Shown here: piece by piece, positions 26,501 to 39,375 of the stretch
Layout of the letters: each line of letters opens with the position of its first letter
Numbering within the stretch: the first letter of the stretch is position 1
Assembly: GCA_905178155.1 (NCBI GenBank)
Contig: CAJINV010000017.1
Coordinates: forward strand, 1,294,722-1,358,721
From: Amoebophrya sp. A120
Taxonomy: Eukaryota > Protista > Dinoflagellata
Reading direction: 5' to 3'
DNA length: 64,000 nt
The notes under the pieces: model-generated
Told to the model about the DNA's origin: nothing
Database searches by the model: none
The model's input: only the letters and a program-made list of their open reading frames with translations
Translations under genes and position numbers: made by a program

Positions 26501-26739
26501 CTCCTGCAGGAAATGTGCACCTCCCGCCGGACGACGGGATGAACAAGAAATATCGCCTGTTCTACACCAACCGCAGCAGCGTTCTCGGGTGGCAACCGCG
26601 CTCGGGTTTGGAGGTGGACCGCCACAACCCGGGGGTGAGTCGCGACATCGGCTACGCGGTGTGGTTCAGCGTCTTGATGGGCGTATTAGTCGGACTCTTG
26701 TGCGTCGGCAGGTGGGTTAAAGACGCGTGGTGGAAGTGA
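17547..26739 (+). CDS. P5-type (ATP13A-like) cation/polyamine-transporting P-type ATPase
   Basis: LLPGD, VNEASLTGE, CFDKTGT phosphorylation motif, FVKGS, ITGDN, MCGDGGND, SPFS; six TIR elements plus GT-AG intron 19268-19522. Confidence 0.9.
17615..17764. mobile_element. Introner-like TIR element, family E, copy 1
   Basis: TATGCATTGCAAAACTATCGTACT...AGTGCGATACTTTTGCACAGGATA; perfect ctgtt repeat; removal gives FVGYLLLLIANF. Confidence 0.9.
18084..18362. mobile_element. Introner-like TIR element, family B, copy 1
   Basis: TATCCTAAGTAAAAACGTCCCCACACCAGA...TCTGGTGCGGGTACGTTTTTACTCAGGATA; flanks ggtcc/gctcc; can be removed as GT-AG 18080-18363 in frame. Confidence 0.9.
19397..19447. repeat. Near-perfect 25-bp-arm palindrome inside a GT-AG intron
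   Basis: GATGATGAGAAAGAGCGACTCATCG-G-CGATGAGTCACTCTTTCTCATCATC, one mismatch. Confidence 0.85.
20347..20478. mobile_element. Introner-like TIR element, family E, copy 2
   Basis: TATGGATTGCAAAAGTAT...ATACTTTTGCACAGGATA; flanks tcgtt/tcgtg; removal gives LLLFVITFVG. Confidence 0.9.
20647..20899. mobile_element. Introner-like TIR element, family C, copy 1
   Basis: TATGGATTGTAAAAATGTCTGGGTCTGGAA...TTCCAGACCCAGACACTTTTGCATTTGATA; flanks gtgca/gcgca; frame restored. Confidence 0.9.
20941..21219. mobile_element. Introner-like TIR element, family B, copy 2
   Basis: TATCCTGAGTGAAAACGTCCCCACCCCATAG...CTATGGGGTGGGGACGTTTTTACACAGGATA; perfect aaatc repeat; removal gives NARNPKNLPVAGALTVQCFDKTGT. Confidence 0.92.
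24212..24424. mobile_element. Introner-like TIR element, type F
   Basis: TATCGCAAGAAAAAACTGTTTCGCTGT...ACAGTGAAACAGTTTTTTCGTGGGACA; ccttt repeat; removal joins ORF 21233 to ORF 24436 (MLDTFVVMF). Confidence 0.88.
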
Positions 26740-28086
26740 TAATCATATATGTTGATGAGTGAACAAATGGACGCAGTGGAGGTACTATCGATGGATGAAA
26801 TAACTAATCCTTTGTCGCGTTCTTACGATTTGCTAAGGATGACCCTTATCAAGAAGTCTCCAGCAAGAAGAACTCCGGCGTGACTAAGGCCAACAAAGAT
26901 GCTACAGTACGTTCCACCTTTCTGTCAAAAGAACATCTTCTGATCCCTCGATTTACAACGTGGTTTGGGATGGCCTTTTCTTTTCCAATATCCTTCGCAG
27001 GCATACGAGAATAAACGGAAGCACAAGTAGGAAGAAGTAAAAGAAGAGTGTATACAATTACGCGCAGCTTGTGCGGACCGCCAACACGTCACCTGCTATT
27101 TGAAGGAAGAACAACTGATGTGATACAACAACTGAAGTGAAAGACGCGTAGGTCCTCCTGAACCACCAGCCTGTTTTGATGTCCTGATTCGTTAGCACAT
27201 ACGGACGGCAGAGGCATGTGCTCATCGTCATCTCGATGAAACGTCATAGTGAGACAATCGCTTTACTGGTTGACAGCCTCTGGTGAGAAGCTCGAGAGTA
27301 GTTGTGTTGCTGTTGCAACTGGTGATAGTGTTACACTTGCCTTTAGCAGGTTGTTTTTTTTGCAGCCGCCCAAGAATCGTAGAATCTGCTTCGTGATGAC
27401 AAAGCAGTAGGTCGAGATGCAACAACTCTGGAAACAAATGAAACTTGACCAACGCTCGAAAAGCACTGCTTCTCTTCAAAGCCTTCCGAGAAAAAAAACA
27501 GTTGTAAGACTACGGTGCGTCTACATGTACATGGGTACACGACTCGAATCGCACCTTATGTTCAACAGTGAAAGAAAAAGAATGTGTTCATCTGCAATGA
27601 AAGATCAGCGTCAAACATTGATGTCTTCTTCAAAAAGAGCGCAGGTTTGTAAATTCTTGATGAAGATCCTAGTGACCAAGATATCTGTCGGTCTCCTAGT
27701 TATCGCTACCTATCTCTCGCCGAGCATGTTTTTTTTTCGCCCGACGCGAAGCTCCAATGGAAGTTTGGCTTTTCGCTTGGCTCACCCGACGGAGGTTTTT
27801 TTGTCGTTCTGAAGATGTTATTTTCAGAAATATCCTGCCGACGTGATCAACAACACATTTCTCAGCGATTTCGACTACCCAACTTGTTCCCGACCCATAA
27901 TATTTGCCTTTTGCGGAAAAAAGCGATTTCTTTTTGCAAAGAGAAAGATCGTCTTGCTGCTCGTCGTGCCGCGATTCTTGATTTCACCGTAGTGGTGTAG
28001 TATCTCTTTTTTCATTTGCACTCCCCCTAAGTGGCAGCACAAATTCAAATCCTACAACCCCGGCCCCGCTTCTAAAGAACATAACC

Positions 28087-31000
28087 ATGTTGATGCGAAA
28101 AATGTCACGCCAAGTGCGAGCGGTGCGCAGCAAGGTGCTAAACCTAAACGGGTTGTGTGAAGGCACCAAGAACACCTCGTCATGGGTGGCACCGGCGCCT
28201 TCGACGGAGGCACCTCTAGTATCGCCGTCTTCATCTTCTAGCGGGAACGGGATGTTCATGAGCAGGAGAAGTGCTACTACTAGTACTAGTAGCCCCTCCT
28301 TCGCAAGGAGCTTCGGTAGCTTGTCCCGCGGCGGCACCACATCAAGCAGCTCTTCAGGCACGAGAAGGCTCTTCTTGCTCGACGGGGCGAATAGCTCTTC
28401 AAGAGGTGCGCTCAGCAATTGTTCGATGGGAAGGATATTGACGCGACGGGAAAATGACAAACTGTCTTGTATTCATCCGTCAGGGGCGGGGACCATATCA
28501 AGATCGTGTCTCCTCGGAGGTCCGTCTCGCGCCTTCTGGAGTTCTTCTTCCAGCGCTTTGGCCCCCAATACGACGGGGGCGAGTCTCCAGGCGTCATCGT
28601 CATCCGCTGCGCAAACGGCCAGCAGCTATGCGGGACCTGAGAGTCACAGTGTTGAAGTTGCATCAAGCGCGAGTACGAGAAATGCAATAAGTTCTGTATG
28701 TGACGCATCATCCACCACCGACCAAGTGGAGGGCTCTTCCGCCTTCCGCAGCGGGAACGACGGCGGAACTTCTGGAACAAAGCTTGGGCCAGCCTCGCCA
28801 AGCACCGACTTCGGAGCTGCAGCTACAAGTGGGACGAATACAACAAGAGCCTCAAACTCTGTTTCAACATCCGCAGGGCAACATTCACAAGTAGCGGCTT
28901 CAGACGACTTGGTAGCTTCCAGAGCCTCCCAAATAACGCCAAGAACTAGTCCGTCATCATCTCAACATTCGCTAACCAACGCTTTGGACAGCTTGGAGAG
29001 CCACTACCGGCAGTCCGTGACCAAGAATGGGATGCGCGTCGCCTCCCTGAACGCGATTTCGGACACCTCCGTGACCGTGGGTGTGTGGATCGACGCGGGG
29101 TCGAGGTACGAGACTAAGGAGTCCAACGGCTCCGCGCACTTCCTCGAGCACATGACCTTCAAGGGCACCGCGAAGCGGACGCGACACCAGCTCGAGACGG
29201 AGATCGAAAACATGGGCGGCCACCTGAACGCGTACACCAGCCGGGAACAAACCGTGTACTACGCCAAGGTCTTTCCCTACGACCTGGACCACGCGCTGGA
29301 CATTCTGAGTGACATTTATCCACAGAAAAAAACCCATCCACATCCAATTTGTCATGCAAAACGTGCTGAAAGTCCTGTGCTTGTCATGCAAAAAATGGAT
29401 GGGGATGGGTTTTTTTCTTTGGATAACATTCTGGGCAAGTCGGCCATCCACCCGCGGTCGGTGGAGGACGAAAGGTCGGTGATAACGAGAGAGATGGAGG
29501 AAGTCGAGAAAAGTATCGAGGAAGTCATCTTTGACAGGCTGCACTTGGCCGCATTCAAGGACCACATGCTGGGGTATGATGTAAACTTATGCTAAATGGA
29601 TTTGGATTGTAAGTGAAGCTACTGATGACATTTAAACTTGATTTGCTCGACGTTCTGTTTTTGCTGGCGCCTGTCGTGATTGATAGATTCGCGCTTTTAC
29701 ATGAGAGAAGATTTTTCGGAGTTTTCGCTCGTGTTTTAGCATAAGGCCGTGCAATGTATATTGATTGATAGATTGTTTTGACGAGGCCATCAGGATGCAA
29801 TTGGAATTGCAGTCATCTGACTCTGAATTTATTTACATAAATGATTGGGCTGCCTGCAACAAGTAGAAGGCTCCGAGTGTTATATGAGTGACAATTTTAT
29901 TTCGGAACAAGAAACACCCATATAACCACATCTTCAACAAACCTACAGCGCCACGATTCTCGGGCCCGTGGAGAACATTCACCACCTGCAGCAGAAACAC
30001 CTGCGAAATTACGTGGACACCAACTACACCACCGACCGGATGGTGGTTGTCGCCTGCGGTGCGGTCGATCACGACGATCTTGTCGCGAACGTGGAAAGAT
30101 ATTTCGACGGCTTCCGCACCCATCCGACCGGGTTCACGCCCTACACCCGACCGCATTGGATGCTGGAGGAAGGAGAAGCGTCTTCGTCACCTAGTAATAT
30201 GACGCCTTCATCCCGCAGTAACGGGGCGGTGGTGAATCATGACGAGCAAGTAGATGCTGGACAACATGCGGCAGCGGGGGCGGCCAGTAGCAACTCTACT
30301 ACTTCTATTGGCGCAGGAGCTTCTGCTCCGAAAATTGAAAATCCTCAATTTTGTGGTGCCGAGCTCCGGTATGCGACGCCAGTCGGGGAGAAAACCTCTC
30401 TCAGCTCCCACGGCGCCGAGCCGCAGCCGCACCAGCTAGCCCACTTCGCGATCGCGTTCGAAGGTGTGCGCTGGACCTCGCCCGACGCCGTGCATTTCAT
30501 GGTCCTGCAGTCCCTGCTCGGGGTCTTCAAGCGGGACGAGTCCCAGAAGCTGCTGCCCGGGGTGTTTTCTGCAAATCCGCTGATACGAAGCCTGACCGCG
30601 AGACTGGAGCAGCAGCTGCTGCACAAACTCTTCAGCGACGAATATGGCGTTCTCAAATGTTACATTCTGAACTGTTACATGAATTTGTCATGCAAAATGA
30701 CCATGACCCGCCAGACGATGAAGCTGCTGCGCATGACAAATTCTCGGAGGGCTAAGCAGCACTATAATCCGCACGAAACCTGTAATGCAAGACGCGCAAG
30801 GTTCTCCCTCTCACCTGTGCTGGTCTTGCATTACAAATTCATGTAACAGTTGAGAATGTAACAGTTGAGAACGCCATAACGAAAACGGCGAGGAGATGCT
30901 GATCGCGAAGCCAGACTATGTTATACCGCCAGCGGCGGACAGTACCGCGCAGCAAGAAGAAGGTGGCTCTGGCTCGAGTAGTGGCGATTCTGTGGCTGGT

Positions 31001-32187
31001 TCATCATCTTCATCTAGTAGCGCGGCGGCGGTGGACCACGAGCAGGTTGCAGATGCTTCACAAACTGCCGGCACAGATGAAATATTCAACGAGCCGCCAT
31101 ACCACGAGAAGTTCGAAGGGATGAAGGTCAGCGACGCGCTGGAAAAAATGTCCGACCCCGAAATCGCACAATTGCAACACGACCGCTACGCGAAGCTCTT
31201 GCAGGAGGACCCCACCTTTCAGCCAGCGTTCTGCGAGCAATACAGTGCCTTCAACACGTGCTACCGGGTACTACTATAAATAATAGCTGTTTATAACAAG
31301 CACACCAAGATGAACTAGAAGCGGTGGCTTCATCATTCTCGTTGTAGGCTGTTTTTTGCCGCTGATTTTATGTTGTTTGAGTATAGAGCTGTTGCAGTTT
31401 TAGAGTTTCTTCATATCATTACAAGTTGTATCGTTTCGAAATTTCAAAATCAATCCACAGGACACCGGTCTTTTTGGCGTCCACGCGGCGTGTAGCCCGG
31501 ACGCGGTGCGCACCGTGGTCGAGGAGATCATGTTTGGCATCAACCGCCTGTCGCACTTCGAGCAAGTCCCTACGGCCGAGCAGGAGCTCGCGAAGGCGAA
31601 ACGAGAATTGAAAACCATCCTCTTCGCGGCACAGGATAACACGACCAACATCGCGGAAGAAATCGGCCGCCACCTGCTCGTCTACGGACGATATGCATCG
31701 CAAAAGTATTAATATGTCGCAGTGTGCATTGCAAACGCGATCGGGATCGCATTCTACAAAGCTTCTTGCAATTTGATGGATGAAAGATCGAAATTGTATA
31801 TCCAGCTGGAGCGAGTACTTCTACTTCCAGTCCACTTTTTATGTACCAGTACCTCTTTCAGCTGCACTTGCATTTTTAGCGGCACAACTGTCATGCCATG
31901 TTGGTACCCTACAACTCGATTCAATCCTCAACACAAGTGCGACATGGTTTAGTACTTTTGCAGAGGATAGAGGAAGAATACCGCCCCAGGAGATGGACGA
32001 ACGATTGTCAGCGATCAGTGTGGCGGACATTGAGCGTGTCGCAAAGACGTACTTGAAGGGGAAGGAAATCGCGGTGACAGCCTTGGGGCCCATCGAGGAA
32101 ATGCCCACGCTGGAGGAGATCAAGCACCTGAACCAGATGGACGGGAATTCCAACAATTTTCAGGGGATGGTCAGCGCGAGTACATGA
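28087..32187 (+). CDS. Mitochondrial processing peptidase beta subunit (peptidase M16) with long S/T-rich N-terminal extension
   Basis: VGVWIDAGSRYE, GSAHFLEHMTFKGT (HxxEH), LNAYTSREQTVYY, LGATILGP, DTGLFG, LLVYGRRIP; GT-AG introns 29574-29948 and ~31269-31460 plus three TIR elements. Confidence 0.93.
29317..29425. mobile_element. Introner-like TIR element, family D, copy 1 (109 bp)
   Basis: TATCCACAGAAAAAAACCCATCC...GGATGGGTTTTTTTCTTTGGATA; perfect acatt repeat; removal gives DILSDILGKS. Confidence 0.92.
30643..30878. mobile_element. Introner-like TIR element, family A, copy 2
   Basis: TATGGCGTTCTCAAATGTTACATTCT...AGAATGTAACAGTTGAGAACGCCATA; perfect acgaa repeat; 241-nt removal joins ORFs 29968 and 30896. 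Confidence 0.92.
31692..31969. mobile_element. Introner-like TIR element, family E variant
   Basis: TATGCATCGCAAAAGTAT...GTACTTTTGCAGAGGATA; flanks gacga/gagga; removal gives LLVYGRRIPPQE. Confidence 0.88.
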
Positions 32188-32900
32188 ACTACTTCTCCGG
32201 CCTGACTCTGATCCTGAAGAAATGCATTCCGTCCTGTCTTGTGAAGCAGGATGAGTAAATTCATTTGAAGATTCATTGCTTTGTAATAAAGAGTGCCGCT
32301 ATTTTACTTTCTGTGTAGGATGGTCGTGATTGACCACTTCTATCCCTTCGGTTCTTCGTAGTTCTTGGCGACTTCTTCGAAAATGAGCAAAGGCGAGCGC
32401 TTCTGCCGTTTAGAGGAATAAAGGATACACGATACACCAACATTCTCTCCCAAGTGCCAACAATAAGGCACGCGTGGGTAGGTGGCCAGGGTATTTGAAA
32501 TGAAACATCAAGAGGGGAACAATTGAAAACAGCGACTACGACATACTATGAGTTACAACAAGGTCGAAAACGAAACAGCACCAACGTGGTGAACAGGAGG
32601 AAATAAAGATTATACGCAAAAACCAACGGCCTAGATCCATCAAGCGGTGTTCTATTTCATGCCCTCCACGACCTTCTCATGAAGGTGCATATCGTGAAAG
32701 CTATGTACTAGAAGTAGATATGGTGTTTTACCGTCTTCCAATATCTCTCCACCTTCCTACGTGCGTTGTTGACCTCCGCTTCGAAAGAATCTTCTGGACA
32801 TTAAATCGTCTGGAGGCAGTGTCACTGCGCCAGCTCGTAAGAACAGCAGTTGCAGTGGAAACAACAAGAAGTAGATCACGAGGTTTTATGCCTTCTGTAA

Positions 32901-35900
32901 TTGCACCTTTCGCGCCTGCTGCTCGTAGTCCATCGTATGTCCTCGTCTGCTTCTTCACGTTCTTCGTTTTCCTGTAGCAAGTCTATGGTTCTTGCATCTC
33001 TCGACGGTCACGGTCAACACAGCACGACGCTCATATCGCGACCTTCCGGAGACTGCGGCGACATGATGGGGTTGGGGGTAGTACTCGAAAATTATTACCC
33101 TGTACTGCTAGAGGAACAAGAGCCACCAGCAGAGACGAAAAACAACTGCCTCGTCCGCAGCCCTTCTCGACAACCAAGGAGCGTCTCCTCCCGGTCGCTC
33201 TTGGTCTTGCGCAAGAAGATGACTGGTACGTCCGGCGGTGAACAAGATGTTGACTCAGATTCTGTGCAGCAACTACAAAAAAGTGAAATAGCTGAAACCA
33301 CCTCGTCCACGTGCGCACAAAGAAGGACGTTTTTACCGCCTTCTCCGATAGTATGCTGGTCGGGCAGCTCGAGTGGAGCAACTGCGAGCAGGTGGTTCGC
33401 TGCATCCGCGTCGCTGGAGAACTGCAGGAGAACGCGCCAGCGTCGAGCACCAGCACAGCGACAGCGACTGAACTACCGTTGGCCCGTATCTTGTAAGAGC
33501 ACATGCACAGCATCAGTAGAAACCAAGCGATGCAGAAAGTCCTCGAGAAACGCAGCCCCGAGGCCGCATCAAATGGAGCGAGATAAACTACAACGTACCA
33601 GTTTCAGTCACGGTGAAAAGAACAAAAAAGCAGACTTCTCGAACAAGTGTCGCACAAGGATAAGAAGGATGAAAACTACGCAGGTTGACGACGAGGTGGA
33701 GCTACATCAACCCCGGGCAATAAAACGAAAACACATTCGAGGAGCAGCCTTGACGTCGCTCCTCTCGACATTAACATTGTATTTGACCGCAAGTACTAGT
33801 CCGAACTTGTTTGTCACCGCCCTGTATGGACCGGTGTGCGAGCGGTCGGAAATCCTTGCTACTATTAAGAATCCGAACAACAACCTGGAAGCGCCGACGT
33901 GTGTGTCCCAGTGCTCGGCCTCCAGCAGCTACGCCTGCCCCGCCACCAGCGGCGCGATGGCGGTCAGCGCGAAGCCGGTGTGTGCTTTGCAGGGTGCGGA
34001 TCTCGTCTCATTTTTCTGCGTTTTGGCGTGCAACGTGGACGCGGATTGCCCGTCGAGTGGATCGTGCAGGAGCATTGCGAGAGGTATTTTTGTATTGGAT
34101 GGTGTATCTTCACTGATAGTATGGCTGCACAAGCTCAACAAGCAACCACCTTTTTCCTACCTAGGATGTTGTACTAGGTACTGTAGTCTTGTTGATTTGA
34201 GATTCACTGCATCTAAAAAATTGCATGGACATCATGACACCACGCACGCACAGGGTAGATGCCGTGCCTCTTGATATTCTTTTGGTTTCTAAATTTGACA
34301 TAAATCAATCTTCAATGTCACCAGCCCCGGCACAAAGCAAGTTGCTCGGCATTTGCGTCACCCCGGGATCAGGATATCAAAACGATAATGTTAAAAATGA
34401 GGGCGGCTTCTACAATTGCCATGATCGGCCGTGTCGTGCATGATAGAGATAGATCAGACGTAACAACACGATGACAGCTCAAACAACCTCCTCCATTTTT
34501 GCGGTTGAAGAAAGAAAAAAGCTTTCAATTGATGCACGACTAGCACTGGTGAGGTTGAAAGAACATATTTTCGTGCGCGAACGAAATCACGGAAAATCGT
34601 GATCTTCGATGTATCTTTTTCTGCCCTCGTTGTGTTGCAGAGAGCACTTCTGCTGCAAGTGGTAGAAGGGATGGCCCCCGGCCCTCACTTCTTGGCTTTC
34701 ATAAAAAAGATTCCAGTACCACCAAGGTCGACGCTGGCCCCGGGTTCCCTCCGGTCCCTGGCCAAGAAGCGGTGTGGCGGAACATTGGTATAAATCGGTT
34801 TTTCTTGTTTTCGTCACTTAGTACCTACGGGACCAAATAGCACATGCAAGCTTTTCAAGTACAACTACAAGCTGTAGCATTGACATTGTATCTCGTTCCC
34901 GCTCTGCTTCACGACTTAAGTACTGATTTTCAATTTTTCATCACAGGCCCTCCCACGAGCCCCGCTTCATCCTCCGGCACCTATCCCAGAAAAAATCACC
35001 ATCATCCAATTTGCGAATGAATATAAAAACACATCCTTACAATACAGCTATTGTAAAAAAGATAGCAAAACTATGTGTGTTGTGCATGACAAACTCAGCT
35101 TGTTGATGGTGATTTTAATCAGCAGGATACTCAATCCTCCAACTCCAATGCCAATGACGCGCTGCAGCTGCTGGCCCGGACCTACAGCATTCCGGCGACC
35201 GAGCCAGCGCTCGTCACAGTTCAGAAAGCGCTGAACGGAGACGCCTCCGCGAGTGTCCCTGGTGGTGGTGCAGGATGGAGTAGCAGCACGGGAAACATGG
35301 TGCCCTCGATGGACGGAAATTGGCTCGACGACACACTGCATGACGTGAAGTACTTACTCAAGAAATTTTTGGTTTGTTCCATGTAGTTGTAGTTTTGGTG
35401 CGTCCACCGCCTGGACTAAGGGAAGTAGCAGAAGACTCAACTACATCGGGATGTTGATGAGCAGCAAGTTATTGCAAAATTATTATATACGCAAGGTATT
35501 TCGAGAAGCACGTTCTTGACGGGGATTTGATATCCAAAGAGCTGTATCCAATAGACATACGTCTGGGTCTGGAAGAGTGCAATTTTTGTCATGCACATTC
35601 ATTGTGCGTGAGCGTGACCCACAATGGCCGTGATGTGTGCCCCGGCATCACAGGTTTTGCGAGAGGGGGCTTTTTCATATCTATGCCGAATGAAAAATGC
35701 CCCCTAAGCGTAGCAAAATAAACTGGACTCCTCAGACTCAGAGGCTGCTCATGCAATACTTACAGATCGTCGTAAAGTTGATGCTCTATGCGTTGAGGTG
35801 TGGAAAAGCTCATGCAGTAGACGAGTACTGGATTGTTATTTTCTTTTTCAATTTCAATCCAACGGCAGCATGACTAAAACTCAAACTTTGCACCCTTCCA

Positions 35901-36376
35901 AACCCAGACCTATTCACAAGTCATAAGCCCCATGACACCTACTGGAACATCACCCATCTGCACACGGGGGCGTACGCCATTCTTCACGGGCTCTCGCTTT
36001 TCTTCCTCTTCTATTGCCTCGTTGGTATTGAAATGTGAATCGATCTAAAGAAAAATCAAGTCGATTGTGATATGCATCGTGTTGTAATATCCTGTCAGTG
36101 TTTGTGCAGACCGCAAAATAAAAAGCGCCGATGTATTCGCCGGAGGGGCGTGTTCTTAACAGTAAACTCAAAACCCAATTATTGGCAGGTATGTGTCTGA
36201 AGCACTACGTGGCAAAGGCCCAGGGCTACGATCTCATTCCGCACAAGGAATTCTGGGCATCGTATCCCACACTGGTCGCCGACGGCGGGCACATTGTGAA
36301 AAATTTCGTCGTGCAGGAGGTTTTCCAGCGAGGAAAAGGCGCAGGAGGGTCGTATGGACCTCGTTATCATGTGTGA
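32901..36376 (+). CDS. Multi-exon membrane protein: Cys-rich luminal domain plus M6PR/ATG27-like TM and cytoplasmic tail; start and exon model uncertain
   Basis: Cys-rich segment at 33820-34080; C-terminal LFFLFYCLVGMCLKHYVAKAQGYDLIPHKEFWASYPTLVADG resembles the M6PR/ATG27 tail. Confidence 0.5.
34375..34534. mobile_element. Probable decayed introner
   Basis: TATCAA...TTGATG ends, flanks cagga/cacga, weak internal inverted match AAAAATGAGGG/CCTCCATTTTT. Confidence 0.35.
34982..35129. mobile_element. Probable decayed introner (D-like end)
   Basis: TATCCCAGAAAAAATCACCATCA...TGATGGTGATTTTAATCAGCAGGATA, contains GCATGACAA; no clear TSD. Confidence 0.5.
35545..35925. mobile_element. Introner-like TIR element, family C, diverged copy
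   Basis: TATCC...GTCTGGGTCTGGAAG ... CTTCCAAACCCAGAC...CATA; flanks agctg/agccc; removal gives DLISKEPHDTYW. Confidence 0.75.
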
Positions 36377-37875
36377 CAGTGCTCTGAATATTCAAATTCT
36401 TATTTCGGTTTTTTCAACATCTGCATCTCCCGGCCCCGGCGCACAAGAACAAATAAAACGAAAGAGCAAAGAAGTTTTCTGTCATGCTCCAACTCCCCCT
36501 CGAAGGAGCATTGTGAAGCCGACAAGAGGTGAATTTCATGGCTGCAGTTGTCACACATGATACCAAAATGACAGAATACAACAACTTCGACTACAATTAC
36601 CGTGGACCGACCGGCGTAGGAGCTGGTGGCGGGAGTGACCAAGCCGGGTTCGGCACGGGCATGCTGTAAGTAGTGGAACAGGAGTCTACCGACGGATATA
36701 GCGCTGGGCTGTGAAACGGGATCAGCATCCGCAGTGGCGGCCGAAACCCGGCCTCGTGCAAGCATTTCCCCGGTCCATGAAAGATTCCGGATTTTGGGTG
36801 CGTAGACCGAAAGAGCTACTGGACGTGGAAGTGGAAATCGATGCTGCGATAGGAGGAAGTACTACAAATGAGCAGCAAAAATGGAAATGTCAGTCTCCGG
36901 GTGCTGTGAAAAGAGAAAGCACAAACCGAGCTGCCTGAGTAGTAGAGTATTAAGTTCCAAGAAAAATAATCAGTAGAAGCGAGCATATTAATACAACTGA
37001 TGAAGCTCTGCGACGTCAAGCAGAAGGTGCGAAGGTCGTCGTGTGGCGACGTTGTTGAGCGCCGTGTTGACTTCAGCATATTTATCTCTATGCACGGACT
37101 TTCACACTGGCCCAGAGACAGCTTCTTGGCTTGCTCGGTTTCGAGAAGTTCTACCTAGTCCAATATCTGAGATCGGTATAGAAGTAAGTATGTGATGCGC
37201 CGTCTGTCTCGTCGAAGGTCCATGTGGTCTCGTCGAAAGGTTACGTTGTATCGGTTTTCCGTTCGTTTTTCTGGAAATCGTCGTCCACCCATTTGGTTTT
37301 TTTACTTACTATGCAACCTAGCAGCTTCGCTCCTTTCATCGTCTTCGTCATCGTCCACCACCAGCACTTTGCCCTTGTAGTTCTCGCCTGCACCACCTGC
37401 ACCTGCAGTGACCTGCGCGTCGTGTGCTGCTACGCCGCTTTTCGTTTTTCCCCGCCTTTCGTCGGGCACCTGTCTTTACATTCAATTACTTTTTGAAAAA
37501 ATACCACGCACAGGAGGAGCCCCCGACTGCGACTTTCAGCACCAGTGTTTCAAGTAGAAGAACAACAAGTGCCGCCATTTGCTATAGTTTGCTGCTCTAT
37601 TTTCCTCGGCAGGTACGTAGCAACAAAGAGGGGATACACCCTTGCCCCATAGATAGTTCATCCTTTTCGCACCACCCAATTATGATCATCCCAGCATAGC
37701 TGCAAACATGTCGATTTTTGTAGAGTCTACATTTTGATATCTTCATTCCATTGCCACTCAAAGTCGTATTATCGTCCCTCCTGCTGCCCTTTCTAGAAGA
37801 AATTATATCTTCATTCATTTTTTCTCAAAGCATATTGAGGACGTTCGGTGGCAAAGATATTTTGACCTGAACAGG

Positions 37876-39375
37876 ATGCCCAATCCATCATCGACCAAGC
37901 CAAAGAGAAATAAATCTTTCACCGCTGCTGCAAACATGAGTGAACAGCCCAAGAAGGAGGAAAAACGTCACGCCAGTCTGCGGAACGAGCAGCAGCTCTC
38001 GCAGCACCTCGTCGCGGAGAAGAACCAGCAGGGCAACGATGGCATCCCACAAGCAGTCGGCAGAGCACCCACGCTGCATTTATCCACGTAGGGAAAATCT
38101 AGATCACCTGCATGCGAATCACTGTCAATTTGTAATGCCAATGCGCAAGAAGTAGAGAAGAGCTATGAAGTTAGAGCAACAGGCTGGCTAAAGAATATAT
38201 AGGCTCTTCGTCTTCATCATGCATGCGTTACAAATTGAAAGTGGTGCTGGTAAGGATGACAAAAATTTTCCATCGGATACCGAAGCCAAAGAAGTGAATC
38301 AAGCAGCACGCGAACATCCGGGAGCTTTCCTGCGTCTGCGATAGCAGGTCCAGGTTCAGGGGAAAATAGCAAAAAAGAAGAACCCTCCGGTCCTCCCACT
38401 TCTACAGCGCGCGCGGGTTCCACAGTAAGAAGCAGAAACTGTTCATCTCGGCAGGACGAGACTGCCCTCCACAAGACTTCAACGAGGGTGGGAGTGGAAA
38501 GTGGACGCCAGGGACGTGCAGATAATGCGAAAGGTTCAGCAGTCCGAGGAGCTGGAGCTCCTCGCCCCGCTTCCTCGGAAGCAGATGCCCTGCTGGGAAA
38601 AACAGAAGTGGACCATCACGACACCAACGAGGGTAGTTTATTTCATGACCAACAAGAGCACGACCACAATTCTGTCGCAAAAATGGTTGAAATACTGGAG
38701 CAGCAGCTGCAGTGCGGGCCGCATGCCGTGGAAAGACCCAGAGCGTCGCGGTCTTCGGAGGACGCGCCGGTACCGGTAGGAGATGTTGATAAGCTACGGC
38801 ATGACGTTCCTCCGCAATTCGCTGCGTCAAAAGTTTTGGAGTACGAAAGGCAAACTTCCGAACTCGACGAGGAGGTCGAGGAGGAAGAAGGTATTCCTTC
38901 AGAGCCAATTCGTGCTCTCGTGACAGTTGTGTCGGCGGCTCCGGACGGGGAACAAGACGAGGAGGAAGAAGTAGAGCAGGATGAACCACACGAAAGTCCT
39001 TGTTCTAGTGTCAGTGTTACATCACCTGATGAAAACGATGATACTGAACCGAATCCGAAACCCACCCTCGTCCGTCTCCACGATCGGCGGCGCAAGAGCG
39101 ATCTGTTCGGCGACAATGATGATCCACAACGGCGCCCAAAAAAACGAACGCTGGAAGAGCTGGCGGAGCCGTGCTTTGCGTTTGTCACCGAACGGCTTTA
39201 CCCGTTTCTGGAGCGGGTCTTGCTCAAAAAAGGCAAAATGATTCCGCAAGTTGGAGGGGAAGACGGAGTAGAAGGATGCATTCTATTGGGTGAAGAAATC
39301 AACAAGACTCGGGGCGGACGGAGGGGGAGACGCGGAAAAAGACGATACTCGGCCAAGTCGGGGATTACGAAATGA
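37876..39375 (+). CDS. Hypothetical acidic low-complexity protein, two exons
   Basis: ORF 37876 joins the frame of ORF 38488 on removal of 204 nt at the decayed element 38081-38279. Confidence 0.5.
38081..38279. mobile_element. Probable decayed introner
   Basis: TATCCACGTAGGGAAAAT...AATTTTCCATCGGATA, internal TTGTAATGC; removal of element+5 nt keeps frame; TSD not recognisable. Confidence 0.5.
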
